Positions 1-21,883 of a DNA stretch of 64,000 nucleotides are shown in pieces. Both the position numbers and the translations under genes were made by a program. The DNA lies in NCBI RefSeq assembly GCF_009914755.1, contig NC_060941.1; one strand, 5' to 3'. Each line of letters begins with the position of its first letter. The first letter of the stretch is position 1. The notes beneath the pieces were generated by a model. The model made no database searches and had not been told where the DNA came from. It saw only the letters and a list, made by a program, of their open reading frames with translations. Origin of the DNA: the human T2T-CHM13v2.0 reference genome, Homo sapiens.

Positions 1-553
1 GGGCCACATTGGAAGTGGTGTTGATGAGGCACCAAAGCGTGTCCTGGGGAAGAGCTTGGCCAGGATGGAGAAGAGTCTGGAGACCATTTTGGCCCAGTGA
101 CATAAGATCTTCCTTAGAGAGACATTTTTGTGAGGCTAAGGGGCTTTTAGACAAGGGAAGAATCCCACCCCCGCTGACCACTGACTAACTGCAGGTGTGG
201 TTTCTGCAAGGGGTGAGTAGCTGGACCAGGACAGAAGTTCCTAATGCCAGAATCACCTGGAGAACAGATTACAGAAACTGATTTCCAGGCCCCACTCATG
301 ACTTGCCGGTCTTGGGAGAGGCCCAAGAAAGTACACTGTACTTATTTTTAATAATTGGATAGATGGATGGATAGATATATGATAATGTAAGAATAGTGCA
401 TGCTAATGGTGGAATCTAGGTGGTGGATGTATGGATTCTTGTAAAATTCTTTCATCTTTGCTCTATGTTTGGAAATTTTCATAACACATGTTGGAAAAAC
501 AAAGTACCTTCTTGAATAAGTAATATATTCAGATGATTCAAAAGTTAGAAAGT

Positions 554-850
<297 letters not shown>

Positions 851-947
851 TTAAATGACCTGCAGTGAATATTAATCTCCCTCCCTGTCCCTCATCTGCC
901 CATTTCCTGTGCATCCCTTCAGAAGGTAACGATCCCTTCAAAAGGAT

Positions 948-1010
948 AAACAAAAACAAGACCAAAACAAAAACAAAAACAAAAAACAAAAAACAAAACA
1001 AAACAAGAAA
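948..1010 (+). repeat. (A)nC-type simple repeat
   Basis: aaacaaaaacaaaaac... Confidence 0.85.
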
Positions 1011-1019
1011 ACCACACCA

Positions 1020-2022
<1,003 letters not shown>

Positions 2023-2112
2023 GGTAACTGCTGTTATTAGCAGTTAGTTTTGTGCATATTATTTATATTTATATGTACACAAACAAATACAAATAGGGAT
2101 TTGTATTCCCTG

Positions 2113-3265
<1,153 letters not shown>

Positions 3266-4761
3266 TGATGGGATGGGGTCACTCATGCCATTTGGAACCT
3301 TATGCCAGGGCTGACATTTTAATAAGAGTAAGTGTGAGTCACCCTGAATATCTAAGGCAGAGGGGTTGGAGGCTGGGGAGCAAACATGGGGCCAGGAACT
3401 GCAGGCCCGACCCAGAAGCAGTGGAGAGAAGAGAGGTGGGGAAGGGGATGGGATAGAGTGAGAATGCGAGTTTACAGTTAAGGCCAACCTTTGGCAGGGC
3501 AGAGACTCTTGGTCTGTTTACATCACTGCCGTCCATGAAAAGACACCTGGCAATGATCTTTGCCATGCTGTTGTGAGCAGGCCTAGATTACCGACCAGGG
3601 CCCGGATAGGGGACACTGAAGGTTGTGTGCTGTTTGAAGACAGCCCTATTGCCCTGAGTGCACATAGTTGGCCAGGTGGGGCCAGCTCCAGTCCTGGCTC
3701 CAGATGAGGATGGGCTCATGCAAGGGAGGCAGGGCGAGGCAAGCTGGCTGCCCTACGTGTGCTCAGCATGAAGACAGTGAGGCGGTGCACAAGGGCAGGA
3801 GGTGGGGGCACCTCCCAGCCATGAGTGTGTGTGTGCACATGACCCTTGACCCTCCTCCCACCGCGCCTCCACTTCTCAGCATCCTGCTTGATCTGGTGAC
3901 TGTGGGCAGATGGGAAGGCCTCACCAGAGAGGGCAAAGGACCCCACAAGTATGGAGTAAAGTATGGCCGTGTCCCTAGGGAAGCCTACACAGAGGCCAGG
4001 GGACGAGATCTGCTGCTTCAGTGGCCCCACAGGATGCCGCTGGGGCGTCCCGGGTGAGGCTGCAGTCTCCACAGTGAGACCAGGGGATTACCCTGGGTTG
4101 GTGCAGCCCTGAGGGTCTCCCCACCCATTTGCAGCTGTCGGCTCTGGCCTGGCTTGCTCCAGCCAGCTCAAGTGTTTGCTTTGCCCCAAGCTTCCCTGTT
4201 GTTTCACCCTCCTGGGCTCTGCCCCATTATTACATAGCCCAGGACTGCTGGTAGAACCGGGGACACCTTGGACCTCTGAACAGAACACATAGAGGCGCCT
4301 CCCTCTAGGAAGTTAATTGGAAAAAGGCCCTCTTTCTTCTCTGGCTGTGTCAGGGCACATGGCTTGGCAGGCAGAATAGGAACTGATTTTCGTTCCCAAT
4401 TCACCTGCTTTGGTTCCCAAGCTCCCCAGCCCAACAATATGCAGTGGCCACAGGTCTCACCCCATCCCATCCCCTCCCTCTGAAGACTTCCTCGGCTCCC
4501 CATTGCCCTGAGGCACAGCCCATACTCAGGGAGCCCATGAAGCCCTCACTGCTCTCTGGAGACTTGCTCCAGCCAGCCCCTCTGCTGGGCTATCTTTTGC
4601 TACACAGCATGGCCACAGCTCTGGCTTCCAGCTCAGGTCCCTTGAAGGCCCTGGGCTTGTGGGCCTCTGTGATCTTTTTTTCATGCTTTTTTTTGGGGGT
4701 TGTTTCCTGGCTGGAATGCCTTTCTACCTCATTACATCTCTCCTGGCATCTCCTCTACATC

Positions 4762-5152
4762 TTTTTTTTTTTTTTTTTTGAAACAGGTTTTCGCTCTGTT
4801 GCCCAGGCTGGAGTGCAGTGGCACCATCTCAGCTCACTGCAACCTCCACCTTCTGGGTTCAAGCAATTCTCCCTGCTTTAGCCTCCCGAGTGGCTGGGAT
4901 TATAGGCATGCGCCACCACACCTGGCTAATTTTTGTGTTTTTAGTAGAGACAGGGTTTCATCATGTTGGCCAGGCTGGTCTCGAACTCCTGACCTCAAGT
5001 GATCTGCCTGCCTCGGCCTCCCAAAGTGCTCAGCATGAGGCTGGGATTATAGGCATGTGCCACCACGCCTGGCTAATTTTTATGTTTTTAGTGTGTGTGT
5101 ACATGACCCTTGACCCTCCTCCCGCCGCAGATGTGCGCCACCGCCCTTGGCC
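4762..5152 (-). mobile_element. Alu (AluS) carrying a ~100-bp chimeric insertion
   Basis: Reverse Alu consensus interrupted at 5031-5128 (see findings). Confidence 0.93.
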
Positions 5153-5262
5153 TTCCTCTATATCTTTTAATACCTCGATGAAGGGAGATCCTATTTCACA
5201 CATCTCTGTAGGCTCTGGCACAAAGACCCAGTATTATTAGAGCCCAATAAATGTTTAAGTAA

Positions 5263-5662
<400 letters not shown>

Positions 5663-5701
5663 AAAAACATCCATTTCTTAAAAATATCTTAAACATGGCC
5701 T

Positions 5702-5975
5702 GGCCTGGCACCGTGGCTCACACTCGTAATCCTGGCTCTTTGGGAGGCGGAGGTGAGTGGATCGCTTGAGCTCAGGAGTTAGAGACCAGCCTGGGCACCA
5801 TAGTGAAACACCATCTCTACTAAAATACAAAAATTAGCCAGGTGTGGTGGAGCGGATCTGTAATCCCGGATACTCGGGAGGCTGAGCCATGAGAATTTCT
5901 TTTGAACCTGGGAGGCAGAGGTTGCAGAGATCGCGCCACTGCAGTCCAGCCTGGGAAAAAATACGAAACAAAACA
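5702..5975 (+). mobile_element. Alu (older, AluJ/S)
   Basis: Alu consensus, TSD cttaaacat. Confidence 0.9.
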
Positions 5976-6050
5976 CAACCCTTAAACATAAGCATTCATA
6001 CCTTTAACAGCCTCAAATATAAGTGTCTGTACCTTAAAAATATAATTAGG

Positions 6051-6359
<309 letters not shown>

Positions 6360-6419
6360 TTAATTAATGCAAACTTCTAAGTATAAAAAGGTTCACTTGT
6401 GTACCATCTGAAGTGCCAC

Positions 6420-7050
6420 TCATGCGGACTCTGGCACGAGTGGGTGAGAGCTGGCGCCCACGCAGGGGACAGAAACTTGGGATCCCAGAGCTAGAAACAG
6501 GCGACTCTAGAACTTTCCGTGGCTGAGCCCAAGGCCCGGGTGAAATGCTTGACCCGAGAGCCCTTTCGATGGGAAACCACTGAAGTGGATCAAACAAAAG
6601 AATTCAGAGAAAAGTAGCTTGGACTCTTTCAACAGGATGAAACTAGCAAGGAAGGACGGTGACCCGAGGGTGCGGGCTGGGGAGGAAGTGGAGACAGCAG
6701 GGCGGGACACCAGGTGAGCAGAAAGGGGCTGAGTCATGGCCCAAGCTTGTGCCAGCCGGGGCAGCGCGGGGCTGCACTCCTGGCACCCACCTCACGGATT
6801 CCCTCTCACTGTTGTCAAGTGACCCACTCCCGGGGCAGAGATGCTTCAGGACAGGCGGGGGAGGGAAGCCACCAAGACAGTGGAGAGGTTTGTTCTCAGG
6901 GACACGGCAGCATTTGGAGAAACAGTGCTTGACGTGAGCTGGCCGCCTTGGAGGATTTTCTGAGTTGGCAGTGTTCATCCCAGGGCTTAAATCCTCCCGG
7001 ACAGCTAGGAGGCCTCAATTCTTGAGACAGGTAAGGCCCGGGTCAGGGAC
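6420..7050. promoter_or_regulatory. Small CpG-enriched candidate enhancer/promoter
   Basis: Locally many CpGs in unique sequence, ETS/PU.1-type GAGGAAGT 6682-6689, GC box 6700-6706, strong donors at 6714 and 7031. Confidence 0.45.
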
Positions 7051-7128
7051 AGAGTTCAGAGTAAGAACAATCTTATTTTCGGATGATAAAAATAGCACTA
7101 CTATTGAAAAAAAATGTGGAAAATTTTA

Positions 7129-7144
7129 ACACACACATAAACAC

Positions 7145-7178
<34 letters not shown>
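7129..7178 (+). repeat. (CA)n microsatellite
   Basis: Direct observation. Confidence 0.95.
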
Positions 7179-7181
<3 letters not shown>

Positions 7182-7510
7182 ACAAGCTGTACACCACTTC
7201 TACAGAAAACTACCATTAATATTTTGGTGTTTATTCCAGCGTGCATATATATATATAGCCATATAATATATAATTATGTTAAAATGTATAGTTGTATTTA
7301 TACATATGATATATAATTATTTTTAAGATAAATGAGGTCACATTGTATGAATGCTTTTGGGACCTTTTTTTTTTTTCAATTGTTAACTTTTAATCCCAAT
7401 AAACATTCTTTTAGATCCTCTTTTTAAATAGATGTAGTAATTTGCTTAATTAATCTCATGTTGATTCATATTTAGGTTGTTTCCAATTTTTCCCTATTAT
7501 AAAAATTGTT

Positions 7511-7940
<430 letters not shown>

Positions 7941-7943
7941 TTA

Positions 7944-8275
<332 letters not shown>

Positions 8276-8620
8276 TCAGAACACTAAGAGCCTGGTTTAT
8301 TTACTGACCACTTGCTTTGACGCTCGTGAGAAGGCTGTTCTGTTGAAGTCGTAATGCTTTGCACCCAGTAGGAGCTCAACAAATGCCTAATGAGCTGAAC
8401 TCAATTGAGAAGGTCAAGGGGCTAAGCAAACATGGGGGTGCTGCATCATTGCCATTTAGAGAGTAACGAGTTATCTGAACCAGCGACAGGAATAGTGAAT
8501 GGTGAGTGTTGAAGGGGCAGAAATAAAGAACCAAGGGATCCGTTACAGAAGGCTCAGACCTTGAGCTGCAGCTTTGAGAGGGAATGCCTGGAGCCGAAAT
8601 GAGCGATACATACCTAACCA

Positions 8621-8639
8621 CGGCCAGCAGGTGGCGCTC
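8621..8639 (+). promoter_or_regulatory. CTCF binding motif
   Basis: CGGCCAGCAGGTGGCGCTC closely matches core consensus CCASYAGRKGGCRS; unique sequence with retained CpGs and nearby ETS site CCGGAAGTG 8758-8766. Confidence 0.75.
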
Positions 8640-8874
8640 TAAAGATGTCTCGTTGCTATCCAGACTCCCAGCCAAGATCTTGCTGGAGCACCGGGAAGTG
8701 GAAACTGAGTGAGGCATAGGGAACCTCTCAGCCCTAACTTTTTGCGCTGTGCTTCCTCCGGAAGTGCAGTTCCCAAGATCAGGAGCCCTGTAGGTATTTT
8801 TGCTTTGTTTTCCTATGCTTGTTTGGCTTGTGGGTGTCTCTGTAGAGCACCATCCATTCAATTCAGTTTCGAAC

Positions 8875-9030
8875 AGTATGGTCTCGAACTTTGATGAGCA
8901 AACCCTCACCTGCTTCTCTTGTGAAAATGCAAATTCTGATTCAGTAGAACTGGGGTGGGGCCTGAGATTCTGCATTTCTAACAAGCTCCCTGGTGATGAC
9001 TCATGCCCAGTAGTTCTAAAATTTGTTAGA
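8875..9030. mobile_element. MER5A-like hAT MITE
   Basis: aaatgcaaattctgattcagtag..ctggggtggggcctgagattctgcatttctaacaagctccc..gtgatg. Confidence 0.7.
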
Positions 9031-9159
9031 ACATGCTGTGTAAAGTTCCATCTCTATGCAATATGGGAGGTGAGAGAGAAGCAAATCCAGGCTCTTCTCT
9101 CAAAGGGTTTACCAGAGTGAACACAATTTCACAGAAATGTCTGAAATACAAGTTAGAGT

Positions 9160-9335
9160 GTGAGCCCACTCACGGCATGACCTTGGGCAAGTTGCATGAC
9201 TTCTTTGGGTCTCAGTTTCCTCATCTGTAAAATGGGAATAGTAATAGCCTCTACCTTAGAAAGTTACTTGAGAATTAAAGCAGGATATTGTACATAAAAC
9301 ACTTGCACAGTGGCTAGCACATAGTAAACCTCAAC
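9160..9335. mobile_element. MIR
   Basis: tgaccttgggcaagtt..ctcagtttcctcatctgtaaaatgggaatagtaata core. Confidence 0.8.
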
Positions 9336-9445
9336 AAGGCTTGGGGCACCCTAAAGCAGTATGGAGTCAGGCAGGTTACCCTGGCAGGGTGGTAAATTGG
9401 AGGAAGCAAGTGGTGGGGGTCAATCCTTAAGAAGGCGCCATCTTG

Positions 9446-9708
9446 GGTTGGGTGCATTGGCTCCCGCCTGTAATCCCAGCACTTTGGGAGGCTGAGGCGG
9501 GTGGATCATGAGGTGAGGAGTTCAAGACCAGCCTGGCCAAAATGGTGAAACCCCGTCTCTACTAAAAATATATAAACTAGCCAGGTATGGTGGTGGGCGC
9601 CTGTAATCCCAGCTACTCAGGAGGCTGAGGCAGAGAATTGCTTGAAGCCGGGAGGTGGAGGTTGCAGTGGGCCAAGATCGCACCACTGCACTCCAGCTTG
9701 GGTGAAGA
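9446..9708 (+). mobile_element. Alu lacking A-tail
   Basis: Alu consensus to ..cttgggtga. Confidence 0.9.
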
Positions 9709-10526
9709 GGATGCCATCTCAGTTGTCAGGATATCCATCATCTGAGAAGAAGGGTGTCAGGAGGTGAGGACAGAGAGCCAGGAAGAGGTCAGGTGCCTTG
9801 ATTAGCAGGTGGCAAACCCAAGAGCTGCTTTTGAGGGGGATTTAAGTGTGCTGAGGCTAAGCAGGAAGCAGCCTTCCTTCTGGAGATGGAGGTGGGCAGG
9901 ATTTCCAGGCAGATCAAGCAGCGGCTTTCCACACACGCCCCTATTTCACATCTTTAGGAGCTTTAGGAACTTGCGAGAGGAGGTAAGAGGAGCCAAGTGT
10001 CACCCTGATCCTGCCTGCGTGCATGGCTTTGCCACATCCTGTAAAAGCCTCAGTCCCACTGCTATGGATTCCTCAGCCCAGGTCCCTAAGTTTACCCACA
10101 TGCTTTAAATAGGGGTGATGTTTCTATGAACCTCTAAGATCCACAAATATTTATGGACTTAACCTCCAGGGCTCTGATGAGTGCCCCTGGGGATACAGAG
10201 ACAAATCCACACAGCCCCTACCTTCACGGCTGACCCTGGGGAGAAAAGACATCACCCCGGGAAAAGGAAAAGAATGATTAGTGAAGGGTCTCCTAGCCCT
10301 TCTTAACAATGGTGCTTCTTCTAGATCGTAAGACTAATTGATGCATGAGACCTACAGCCACTGCAGAGGCAAGAGTGTTCAGGGGACTCTTTAGACCAGG
10401 GTGTCTGACCTAATAAAGCCATAAGGAGTGAGTCAGATCTGATAGGGCTGGAAGGGGACAACCACTAACAGCTAAAGGGACTAATTGGACTTGGGTGGAG
10501 CCAATTACGCACGTTATCTCATTTAA

Positions 10527-11042
<516 letters not shown>

Positions 11043-12567
11043 TAGTGACAGCTCTTCCCCATGCCTTTACCCTCCAAATACGGGGATGAAGGCAGGAAAG
11101 TGGAGGAGAGAACAGGACATCTGTCTGGAAGACCAGTGGCTTCCAAACTACACATGCAGGGGAGATGGGAAGGCTGAAGGCCTGGCTGAGAACTTGAATT
11201 TCTTCTTTCCTTCCCGAAGCACTGAAGTCTTGCTCAACCCCAGCTGAGTGATGAGGCGGGCAGGGTTGCCTCACTTCAGGGCAGCAGGCCCCAGCCTTCC
11301 TGGCTCTAATCCATTTCCCATCCTTGCGTATCTTTGGTCGGACGGTGATTCTCACTCTTCCTATTGACTTCTACTTTGTGTCAGCAAGTTCAGCGTGGGC
11401 CCCGTATGCTGCCGTGGATCTGATCAGCTGAGGCCTGAGACACAGGACCAGGTACATTGGGAGGAAAGAGCTGATTGGAGAAGGTCTGGGCCACATGAGG
11501 GTTTGCCTGAGAGATGCCAGAATGGGGGGCTCCTGATGTCTGAGGACCCTCTGTGCCCATGAGGCAGGCGGATTGTCAAAGGCTGAGGTCCATTTGGAAA
11601 GTTGGTTATGTCCCTGTGGCATGAGGGTTGGGTGACATAAAGAGACGGCTTTGGTGGTTTCCTGAAACCATATCATTTGCGCACATCTTCCCCCTGATAT
11701 TCTGATCACCTTGATTTGGTTTCCTATTTCCTGAACTGCCCACATAGCATTTTTCTGGGTTGCAGAGGGAGTTCATAGGGTTCTGACAGGTTTATCTGGA
11801 GCCAACAGAGACAGTCAGTGAGATGCACTGAAGCCATGCTGAGCTGACCAAGTTAGGGGCTTGCGATCATGTCCTGGGACCTTGACTTCACTGCTCATGG
11901 GCCATTTGCTTCCCTCTGAACGTGTTTTCTCATCTACAAAATGTAAGACATCTCTATTTTTTTGGATGTTTGTAAACTTAAGCAGAATGATGATTGTGAA
12001 GGTGTTTTGTAAACTGTATGATTGTATTCTTCAGGGTTTGGGGTTACTTTTATTTCATTTTGTAAATGGAACTAGATGATTTTTCCTGATAATATAATAT
12101 CTGATAAAAATTTAATCAGTACAGAGACATTGAAAGTGTTTGCATAATTCTATCTCTAAAGATTAATATTTTGGCATATAGACATCTAGACTTTTAAATG
12201 AATATTTTTATGTCAAATTCTACTTACTGTCTTTCAACCTTTTTTTCACTTAATAGTATCTCTTGAGTGTCATCTCTTGTTAATTCATAATTATCTACCT
12301 TGTCCTTTTTAACAGCTATGTAGTATTCCATTGTGTGGCTGTACCATGATTTATTAAACCAGTCTCCTATTGGTGGGTGTTTAGGGTGTTTCCAATTTAT
12401 TTCTATAATAATAAACAGTGCCACAGTAAACATCACTGAATGTACATCTTTGCATACTATTATTTCCTTAGAATAAATCCTTAGATGTTGGATTGCTAGG
12501 TGAAAGGTTGTACATATATTTAGTTTTCATTCATTTGTCCAGATTCCCTTAAGAAATGTCGTACCAT

Positions 12568-12862
<295 letters not shown>

Positions 12863-12872
12863 TCATACCATC

Positions 12873-16500
<3,628 letters not shown>

Positions 16501-16799
16501 CTGTGACCAGCATGGCAGGAGACAGTGGGCTTCCTTACACTTTACTAACATTGGGTATTACCATTTGTCTTAAATTTTGCTAATCTGATAAGCAAAAAGC
16601 AAGGAGATATCTCAGTGTCATTTTAATTTATGTTTAAAAGTTATTAATGATGTAGCTGAGGGTCTTCTTAGGTGTTTATTGGCCATTTATATCTCTTCTA
16701 TGAACCATCTATTTGTGTCCATTGCTCATTTTTCTACTAGGGCAGGACGACTGTTAAATTATTAATGTATGGCCAGCTCTATAAAAAAGTTTATGGCTG

Positions 16800-17026
16800 C
16801 TTCCTTCCTTCCTTCCTTCTTTCCTTCCTTCCTTCCTTCCCTCCCTCCCTCCTTCATCTCTCTCTCTCTTTCTCTTTTCTTTCTCTCTCTCTCTCTCTTT
16901 CCTTCCTTCCTTTGTTCTTTCCTTCCTTCCTTCCCTCCCTCCCTCCCTACCTCCCTCCTTTCTTTCTTTTCTTTTCCTTTTCTTTTCTTTCTTCCTCTCT
17001 CTCTCTCTCTTTCTTTCTCTCTCTTC

Positions 17027-17040
<14 letters not shown>
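16800..17040 (+). repeat. ~240-bp polypyrimidine microsatellite (TTCC/CT/CTTT)
   Basis: Almost purely C/T on + strand. Confidence 0.95.
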
Positions 17041-17321
<281 letters not shown>

Positions 17322-18319
17322 TGATCCCTTATTTTCTTGTATATGCAGTCTCAGAGCAGACTTCAGAAAATAGTGATTCTTAATGAATTCATCTAAAGTG
17401 TTTGACGATTTTCTTCCCTTAGATTATCAAAGTAACGTGTATTTGCTATAGAAAATTTGGAAAATACTGATAAACACAAAAAAGAAAATATGAATTACTC
17501 AGAGATAACCACCACTTATAAATATATCCAGTCTAATACATATAAATATATTCCAGTCTTTTTTTCTGAGCATATACTTATAAAAAGAAAAGTGGAGTAA
17601 TTTTATTTTGTGTCATGCTCTCAACTTATGAAATCATAATTTGTTTTCATATGCATTGTTCTATGACATCATTTCCAGTGACCATACAGTATTTCTTTGC
17701 ATGTATATACAATCATTTATTTAGCCAATCTCCTAAATGACACACATTTAGGTTTCTATTGGGTTAAAATTTTGATTAACAAGTTCCTCTCTTGATCACG
17801 ACCCCATCTAATCCTGTTTCCACCATGTATCTGCTTAGCATTCTCTTTTTTTGGGGGAAAAAGGAAAAAGGTAAACTTTAATTCTTTTTCAGGTTACATT
17901 ATTACTAATTCCAATTTAATGAATACAGACTCATAGAGATTTTCTAGCACTTTCCATGTTTGTTGCTGGGTCAGAGGGAGTGATCGGGAAGGGTCATTCT
18001 GGGACCCTCATTAGATACCTCCACAGCTTTGCATCACAGTGAAACTGACGAGGGCCAGAAGCACCCATGAAGGAGTGCAAGAAGGAATGAGGAGAATAAA
18101 GAAGCAGATCACCCGAGAAATAATAGCTTAACGGAGAGAAAAATCCAAAGACACAGACTGGTCTAAGAGCTGAAGACCTGAATTCTGTCCCTGAGTCGGC
18201 CACTAACGCAGTCTCATGTGTCCTTGGGCAGATGGCTCAACACTTCCCTGGTTTTCTCATGTGGCAGATTATTTCAAGGTTCTCTTCTACGTCTGAGGGT
18301 CTATGAATGCTGACCTTGT

Positions 18320-18450
18320 CATACTAGCTGTGTGACCTTGGAGACGTTGCTTAACCTCTCTAGGACTGGGTTTCCTCATCTGTAAAGTGGGAACATGAAT
18401 AGCTGCTTCATAGCATTGTTGTGAATGAGTGTTTGTAAAGCACTTACGAG
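18320..18450. mobile_element. MIR
   Basis: ctagctgtgtgaccttgg..gtttcctcatctgtaaagtggg core. Confidence 0.75.
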
Positions 18451-19418
18451 AGTTAAGTTCTCTGAGCCTGCTCTGGTTCAAGAGGCTGCCCCCCCAAAAT
18501 AAAAAATAAAACACTTCACACAGGGCCTGTCCCATACTAAATATTCAATAAATGATAGCTATTTTTTTAAATTGCATGCTGACTGTTATGTAAGAAGAGG
18601 ACAATTACATCATCCCACACTCTGTGTACAGAAAGGACTCTTGGCTTCTCAAAAGTGGTTTCAAAGTTCAATTTGCATCTGGGACAGATGCCAAAGGGCA
18701 AACTACAAAGTCACCACTGGCCACTGACCTCCATTCTCAGCTTATTCTTCCCTGGGGCCTGGACGCTGTCCAGATGTAGGTCAAGTAAACAGGCTGCTGT
18801 TTAACACAGATAAGTCAGATGTATGAATGCTGGTTGACAGGGGAAGCAAAGGGAAGCCCTTTATATAAGCCCTTGTAAGTCTCATTATATATTTTTCAAA
18901 TATAAAATACCTATGAGTGTAAGAGAAGGAGAACCAAGCCTTAGATTATATGAATCATCAATGTTAGGGATGCTATTAAGGAAAAGCTGACGTACTTTGA
19001 AGTTGTCATTGATGAGCATGGAGACAGGAAGCAGAAGTTGTGGGTGTAGCTGAAGTTTTGCTCTTTGCTGGTGTGTATTCTTGGACAAATTACCCTTTTC
19101 TGTAAATTCAGTAGGCTGGACTATATTTTTATTCCCTAAGTGATGGTCTGTGTACTACTGGTGACAGGCAGATTGATGTTAAGTGGTAAGAGATGCACAT
19201 TTGAAATTTCAATAGTTAGGTATTTATTTTAGGGAATGTTAGGGAAAATATGATTAACATCAATTCTATAGTTTCATAGAGATGATCATTTAGAATGAGG
19301 TTAATGGAAGATTTAAGCTAATCTTTAAATAAATGAGTACATTCCGATAAATATTCAAAGATGATATGCAGAAACAGCAAATAATGTGCAGGTGGTACAA
19401 CTGGAAGATCAGAAAGGG

Positions 19419-19868
19419 GTAGGCAGAATAATAGGCCCCCCAAAAATGTTCACATCCTAATCCCCAGAACCTGTATGTTACCTTATATGGCAAAAGGGAC
19501 TTTGCAGACATGATTAAATTAAGGCTTTTGAGATGGGGGGATTATCTGGGTCAGCTCAATGTAATCAGAAGGGTCCTTAAAAGAGGGAGGCTTATCAAAG
19601 TCAGAGAAGGCAATATGATGATGGAAGCAGCTATTGGAGCAAATGCAGCCACAAGCCAAGGAGCGCTGGTGGCCTCTAGAAGCTGGAGGAGGCAAGAAAC
19701 TGACTCTCTCCGAGCTTTCAGGAGGAACCAACGCTGCCCGACACCTTGATTTTAGCTCTTTAAGTATCGGTTTAGACACTACTGACCTTCAGAAGTGCAA
19801 GAAGATAAATCTATTGTTTTAAGCCACCAGGCTTGTGGTAATTATAGCAGCCACAGGAAACAAATACA
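19419..19868 (+). mobile_element. MaLR solo LTR (MLT1C/D-like)
   Basis: Typical start ggcagaataat..cccccaaa..atcctaatccccagaacctg and end ttaagccacc..ttgtggtaatt..gcagcca..ggaaac..ataca. Confidence 0.8.
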
Positions 19869-20483
19869 CCAGACCTTAGATGCCCATGAAGTGGTTCATT
19901 CTGCAAGATCAGCAATTCCTTAGGGCATAGAAAGGAACGTTGGCAAGAATAAGACTATCCTTAGTCATTACCCTCACCCTCCCAGGAGAGGCCTGACTCT
20001 GCCATCACATTCTGCAGACTGGCCAAGGAGAGGAAGGGCTCTCTGCTCCACCGGGATGGTGCTTGGCTAGATGTCAGGGTGGGTCCTGACTCACTCACTG
20101 TCAACAATGTCATCTGGTTCAACCTGCTCATTTTACAGATGAAGAAACTGAGGCCCAGAGAAGGGAAGTCACTTTAACAAAATCAGCTGGGATGGCGCTG
20201 ATTTGGCCAAGGTGAATAACATGAGGCATGGCTGGGTTCTCACACCAGTGTGGGAGCCCTGAGAAAAGGTGGTGCCTGCAATGGCTGGGGGTGGAGGGTA
20301 GACCTTGCTGTCCTTTGATCCTCTGCTCTATGTCTCTGGGCCTCTTGCTTTCAAACTACTTCCTCTAATATCTTTTTATTGGGGTGTTAATAACCATCCT
20401 GTTAACACATAATCTTTAGAAAATTGTTGAAACAGCAACGTGCTTGGAGAAAGGGCTCCCCTGCCTCTCCCCTCCACCCCCAC

Positions 20484-21199
<716 letters not shown>

Positions 21200-21573
21200 C
21201 CTCCTTGTAATTTCGAAGCAGACATCTAGATTTGTGTTGTATCTCATAGGGATGGATGAAAACTAGTGTGAAATTTCTTCTGTGATCCCATGTACTGTTA
21301 TTTTATCATATTAAGTTTTAGTTTTAAATGGTTGGGGTATTATTTTGTTCTTATTTCGAAAATGGTCACCAGACAAGTGACCCCCCCTAGAGAAGCAATC
21401 CTTAACATTCCAGATTAGTGACAGTTGACATCCCAGGTAATTCTACCACTCAAAGTCTCAGATATCATTATGTTTTCAGTTAGTAGGTGTTTAGAAGGTA
21501 TGAAATTGAAAAGATTGTAGGGCAGAAACTTACACTGGAGAGCCAGTATATATGTTCAAAAGAGGGAAGTGTA

Positions 21574-21883
21574 GTCCGGGTGTGGTGGTTCATGCCTATC
21601 ATCCCAGCACTTTGGGAGGCTGAGACGGGCAGATTGCCTGAGGCCAGGCGGTAGAGACCAGCCTGACCAACATGGCAAAACCCCATCTCTACTAAAAATA
21701 CAAAAAATAGCCAGGCATGGTTGTGCATTCCTGTAATCCCACCTATTCAGGAGGCTGAGGCAGGAGAATTGCTTGAACACAGGAGGCGAAGGTTGCAGTG
21801 AGCCGAGATCAGGCCACTGCACTCCAGTCTGGGTGACAGAGCAAGACTCTGTCTCAAAAACAAACAAACAAACAAACAAAAAA
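21574..21883 (+). mobile_element. Alu (AluS)
   Basis: Full dimer, (AAAC)n tail. Confidence 0.93.

Noticed and set aside
8376-8984. 202-aa minus-strand ORF
   Set aside because: Begins in a MER5A element, non-ATG start, no recognisable homology.
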